A stretch of DNA of 64,000 nucleotides from Eledone cirrhosa (Eukaryota): assembly GCA_964016885.1 (NCBI GenBank), contig OZ024743.1, forward strand, positions 129,146,001 through 129,210,000. The letters run 5' to 3'. The notes under the pieces are model-generated. The model was not told the origin of the DNA and did not search any database. It saw only the letters and a list, made by a program, of their open reading frames with translations. This document shows, one piece after another, positions 59,401 to 64,000 of this stretch (position 1 is the stretch's first letter; each line of letters starts with the position of its first letter). The translations under genes and the position numbers were made by a program.

Positions 59401-60352
59401 ACACCAAACGGCAAACACCAAACACCAAACAGCAAACAGCAAACACCAAACACCAAGCACCAATCACCAAACAACAAGCACCAGGCACCAAGCACTAAAC
59501 ACCAAACACCAAGCACCAAGCACCAAACACCAAACACCAAGCACCAAGCACCAAACACCAAGCACCAAAGACCAAACACCAAACAGCAAACACCAAACAC
59601 GAAACAGCAAACACCATACAGCAAACACCAAACACCAAACACGAAACAGCAAACAGCAAACACCAAACACCAAGCACCAAACACCAAGTACCAAGCACCA
59701 AACACCAAGCACCAAGCACCAAACACCAAACCCCAAGCACCAAGCACCAAACACTAATCACCAAGCACCAAGCACCAAACACAAAACACCAAGCACCAAA
59801 GACCAAGCACCAAGCACCAAACACCAAGCACCAAGCACCAAGCACCAAACACCAAACACCAAGCACCAAGCACCAAACACCAACCACCCAGCACCAAGCA
59901 CCAAGCACCAAACACCAAGCACCAAGCACCAAATACCAAACACCAAACACCAAGCACCAAGCACCAAACACCAAGCACCAAGCACCAAACACCAAGCCCC
60001 AAGCACCAAGCACCTTACACCAAACACCAAGCACCAAACACCAAGCACCAAGCACCTAGCACCAAAAACCAAACCCAAGCACCAAACACCAAGCACCAAA
60101 CACCAAACACCAAACACCAAGCACCAAGCACCAAACACCAAGCATGCAGCACCAAACACCAAGCACCAAGCACCAAGCACCAAACACCAAGCACCACACA
60201 CCAAGCACCAAACACCAAACACCAAGCACCAAGCACCAAGCACCAAACACCAAACACCAAGCACCAGACACCAAGCACCAAGCACCAATCACCAAACAAC
60301 AAGCACCAAGCACCAAACACCAAACACCAAGCACCAAGCACCAAACACCAAA

Positions 60353-62820
60353 CACCAAGCACCAAGCACCAAACACCAATCACCAAAGACCAAAGACCAA
60401 ACAGGAAACACCAAACACCAAACAGCAAACACCATACAGCAAACACCAAACACCAAAAAGCAGACAGCAAACAGCAAACACCAAACACCAAACACCAAGC
60501 ACCAAGCACCAAACACCAAGCACCAAGCACCAAACACCAAACACCAAGCACCAAACACCAAGCACCAAGCACCAAGCGACAAACACCAAGCACCAAGCAC
60601 CAAGCACCAAACGCCAACCACCCAGCACCAAGCACCAAGCACCAAACACCAAGCACCAAGCACCAAACACCAAGCCCCAAACACCAAGCACCAAGCACCA
60701 AACACCAAGCACCAAGCACCAAACACCAAGCACCAAGCACCAAACGCCAACCACCCAGCACCAAGCACCAAGCACCAAACACCAAACACCAAACACCTAG
60801 CACCAAGCACCAAACACCAAGCCCCAAGTACCAAGCACCAAACACCAAGCACCAAACACCAAGCACCAAGCACCTAGCACCAAACACCAAACACGAAGCA
60901 CCAAGCACCAAACACCAAGCACCAATCACCAAGCACCAAACACCAAGCACCATGCACCAAACACCAAGCACCAAATACCAAACACCAAACACCTAGCACC
61001 AAGCACCAAACACCAAGCCCCAAGTACCAAGCACCAAACACCAAGCACCAAACACCAAGCACCAAGCACCTAGCACCAAACACCAAACACCAAGCACCAA
61101 GCACCAAACACCAAGCACCAATCACCAAGCACCAAACACCAAGCACCATGCACCAAACACCAAGCACCAAATACCAAACACGAAACACCAAGCACCAAGC
61201 ATCAAACACCAAGCACCAAGCACCAAACACCAAGCACCAAACACCAAACACCAAGCACCAAGCACGAAGCACCAAACACCAAGCACCAGGCACCAAGCAC
61301 CAAACACCAAGCACCAAGCACCAAACACCAAGCACCAAGCACCAAGCACAAAACACCAAACACCAAGCACCAAACACCTAACACCAAGCACCAAGCACCA
61401 AACACCAAGCAGCAAACACCAAACACCAAGCACCAAACACCAAGCACCAACCACCTAACACCAAGCACCAAGCACCAAGCACCAAACACCAAGCAGCAAA
61501 CACCAAACACCAAGCACCAAACACCAAGCAGCAAACACCAAACACCAAGCACCAAACACCAAGCACCAAGCAACAAGCACCAAGCACCAAGCACTAAGCA
61601 CCAAACACCAAGCACCAAACACCAAGCACCAAGCACCAAGCACCAAACACCAATCACCAAAGACCAAAGACCAAACAGGAAACACCAAACACCAAACAGC
61701 AAACACCATACAGCAAACACCAAACACCAAAAAGCAGACAGCAAACAGCAAACACCAAACACCAAACACCAAGCACCAAGCACCAAACACCAAGCACCAA
61801 GCACCAAACACCAAACACCAAGCACCAAACACCAAGCACCAAGCACCAAGCGACAAACACCAAGCACCAAGCACCAAGCACCAAATGCCAACCACCCAGC
61901 ACCAAGCACCAAGCACCAAACACCAAGCACCAAGCACCAAACACCAAGCCCCAAACACCAAGCACCAAGCACCAAACACCAAGCACCAAGCACCAAACAC
62001 CAAGCACCAAGCACCAAACGCCAACCACCCAGCACCAAGCACCAAGCACCAAACACCAAACACCAAACACCAAGCACCAAGCACCAAACACCAAGCCCCA
62101 AGTACCAAGCACCAAACACCAAGCACCAAACACCAAGCACCAAGCACCAAGCACCAAACACAAAACACGAAGCACCAAGCACCAAACACCAAGCACCAAT
62201 CACCAAGCACCAAACACCAAGCACCATGCACCAAACACCAAGCACCAAATACCAAACACCAAACACCTAGCACCAAGCACCAAACACCAAGCCCCAAGTA
62301 CCAAGCACCAAACACCAAGCACCAAACACCAAGCACCAAGCACCTAGCACCAAACACCAAACACCAAGCACCAAGCACCAAACACCAAGCACCAATCACC
62401 AAGCACCAAACACCAAGCACCATGCACCAAACACCAAGCACCAAATACCAAACACGAAACACCAAGCACCAAGCATCAAACACCAAGCACCAAGCACCAA
62501 ACACCAAGCACCAAACACCAAACACCAAGCACCAAGCACGAAGCACCAAACACCAAGCACCAGGCACCAAGCACCAAACACCAAGCACCAAGCACCAAAC
62601 ACCAAGCACCAAGCACCAAGCACAAAACACCAAACACCAAGCACCAAACACCTAACACCAAGCACCAAGCACCAAGCACCAAACACCAAGCAGCAAACAC
62701 CAAACACCAAGCACCAAACACCAAGCACCAAGCACCAAGCACCAAACACCAAGCAGCAAACACCAAACACCAAGCACCAAACACCAAGCAGCAAACACCA
62801 AACACCAAGCACCAAACACC
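60353..62820. repeat. Tandem duplication, period 1274 bp (182 heptamers), each copy containing a nested 196-bp (28 heptamer) duplication
   Basis: ORF ends 60380/61654, 60992/62266 and 61377/62651 are offset by 1274. CGACAAA and CAGGAAA occur in both copies. CACCTAG...CCCCAAG-TACCAAG lies at 60794 and 60990. Confidence 0.88.
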
Positions 62821-64000
62821 AAGCACCAAACACCAAGCACCAAGCACCAAGCACCAAACACGAAGCACCAAGCTCCAAGCACCAAACACCAAGCTCCAAA
62901 CACCAAACACCAAGAACAATACACCAAACACCAAGCACTAAACACCAAACACCAAACACCAAACACCAAGCAACAAGCACCAAACAACAAGCACCAGGCA
63001 CCAAACACCAAGCACCAAGCACCAAACGCCAAGCACCAAACACCAAGCACCAAGCACCAAGCACTAAACACCAAACGGCAAACACCAAACACCAAACAGA
63101 AAAAAGCAAACACCAAACAACAAGCACCAATCACCAAACAACAAGCACCAAGCATCAAACACCAAGCACCAAGCACCAAGCATCAAACACCAAACACCAA
63201 AGACCAAACAACAAACAGCAAAGACCAAACACGAAACAGCAAACACCATACAGCAAACACCAAACACCAAACAGCAAACAGCAAACACCAAACACCAAGC
63301 ACCAAACACCAAGTACCAAGCACCAAACACCAAGCACCAAGCACCAAACACCAAACCCCAAGCACCAAGCACCAAACACTAATCACCAAGCACCAAGCAC
63401 CAAGCACCAAATACCAAGCACCAAGCACCAAGCACCAAACACCAAACACCAAGCATGCAGCACCAAACACCAAGCACCAAGCACCAAGGACCAAACACCA
63501 AGCACCAAGCACCAAACACCAAACACCGAACACCAAGCACCAAGCACCAAGCACCAAACACCAAACACCAAACACCAAGCACCAGACACCAAGCACCAAA
63601 CACCAAACACCAAACACCAAACACCAAGCACCAAGCACCAATCACCAAACAACAAGCACCAAGCACCAAGCACCAAACACCAAGCACCAAAGACCAAAGA
63701 CCAAACAGGAAACACCAAACACCAAACACCAAACACCAAACAGCAAACACCAAACACCAAACAGCAAACACCATACAGCAAACACCAAACACCAAAAAGC
63801 AGACAGCAAACAGCAAACACCAAACACCAAACACCAAACACCAAACACCAAGCACCAAACACCAAGCACCAAGCACTGAACACCAAACCCCAAGCACCAA
63901 GCACCAAACACTAATCACCAAGCACCAAGCACCAAACACCAAGCACCAACCACCAAACACCAAGCACCAAGCACTAAACGCCAACCACCCAGCACCAAGC

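Larger units (their letters stand above)
1..64000. repeat. Heptamer tandem repeat (satellite) array, consensus CACCAAR (minus strand YTTGGTG), ~9,100 units, single orientation, running off both window edges
   Basis: Seen directly: every line parses into 7-mers CACCAAG/CACCAAA or 1-3 substitution variants (CAGCAAA, CACCAAT, CATCAAR, GACCAAR, CACCTAA, CACGAAR, TACCAAG, CCCCAAG, CAACAAG). All ORF translations are the same 7-aa cycle, as expected for a 7-bp period. Confidence 0.99.

Noticed and set aside
1510-62655. Plus-strand ORFs (TKHQAPS)n resembling mucin-like or RNA polymerase II CTD-like heptad proteins
   Set aside because: The DNA period is 7, not 21 with wobble-position divergence. There is no non-repetitive N- or C-terminus, ATG and stop codons come from sporadic variants, and the heptad is not YSPTSPS.
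5-63984. Hundreds of minus-strand ORFs of Trp/Cys/Leu/Val/Gly repeats resembling membrane proteins (up to 741 aa)
   Set aside because: They overlap in all three frames with the same peptide, start at repeat-derived TTG/GTG codons and have no unique domain. They follow arithmetically from a stop-free 7-bp repeat.
1-64000. CRISPR array or other repeat-spacer system
   Set aside because: There are no unique spacers: the sequence between recurring words is itself heptamer repeat. No cas genes or leader are present.
1-64000. Canonical telomere tract (TTAGGG, TTTAGGG, TTAGG, TG1-3)
   Set aside because: The consensus TTGGTGY matches none of these, and kb-scale copied variant patterns are not expected from telomerase addition. 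A non-canonical telomeric role is kept only as a hypothesis.
1-64000. Bacterial short heptamer repeats (cyanobacterial STRR and similar intergenic heptamer tracts)
   Set aside because: Those are normally tens to hundreds of bp between genes. No genes or flanks here support the assignment, and the consensus differs from the STRR motifs I know.
1-64000. Pure sequencing or basecalling artefact, or simulated low-complexity sequence
   Set aside because: Rare variants recur in identical multi-unit contexts at several divergence levels and random indels are nearly absent, which fits real evolved satellite DNA. Only the copy number of the near-identical blocks remains questionable.
1-64000. tRNA/rRNA/structured ncRNA, terminators, promoters, transposon ends
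   Set aside because: The + strand has almost no T, so stable hairpins, inverted repeats, U-tract terminators and TATA/-10 boxes are essentially absent. Matches such as CCAAT in CACCAAT or AATAAA at ~955 are single-unit variants with no supporting context.

Overview
The whole 64 kb window is one uninterrupted, single-orientation tandem array of a 7-bp unit, consensus CACCAAR (CACCAAG and CACCAAA interleaved; YTTGGTG on the minus strand), about 9,100 units. I see no unique sequence, gene, RNA gene, transposon insertion, CRISPR spacer or strand switch. Every ORF in the track is explained by the repeat: 7 is coprime to 3 and the consensus has no stop codon on either strand, so all frames give TKHQ(A/T)P(S/N) on + or WCLV(L/F)G(A/V) on -. 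The real structure is in the variant units. Rare variants recur as ordered multi-unit 'words' and reveal nested higher-order repeats: a frequent 21-bp triad, a conserved ~0.5-1 kb module, and tandem duplications of 196-434 bp, 1274, 1323, ~1900, 2951, 3450 and 8330 bp. Older diverged copies lie 7-10 kb apart, and some patches are copied to dispersed positions. The best reading is a heptamer satellite (centromeric, pericentromeric or subtelomeric/telomere-like) evolving by in-register recombination. Organism and function cannot be determined from this window. Offsets come from matching ORF-track coordinates and manual spot checks, so boundaries are approximate.
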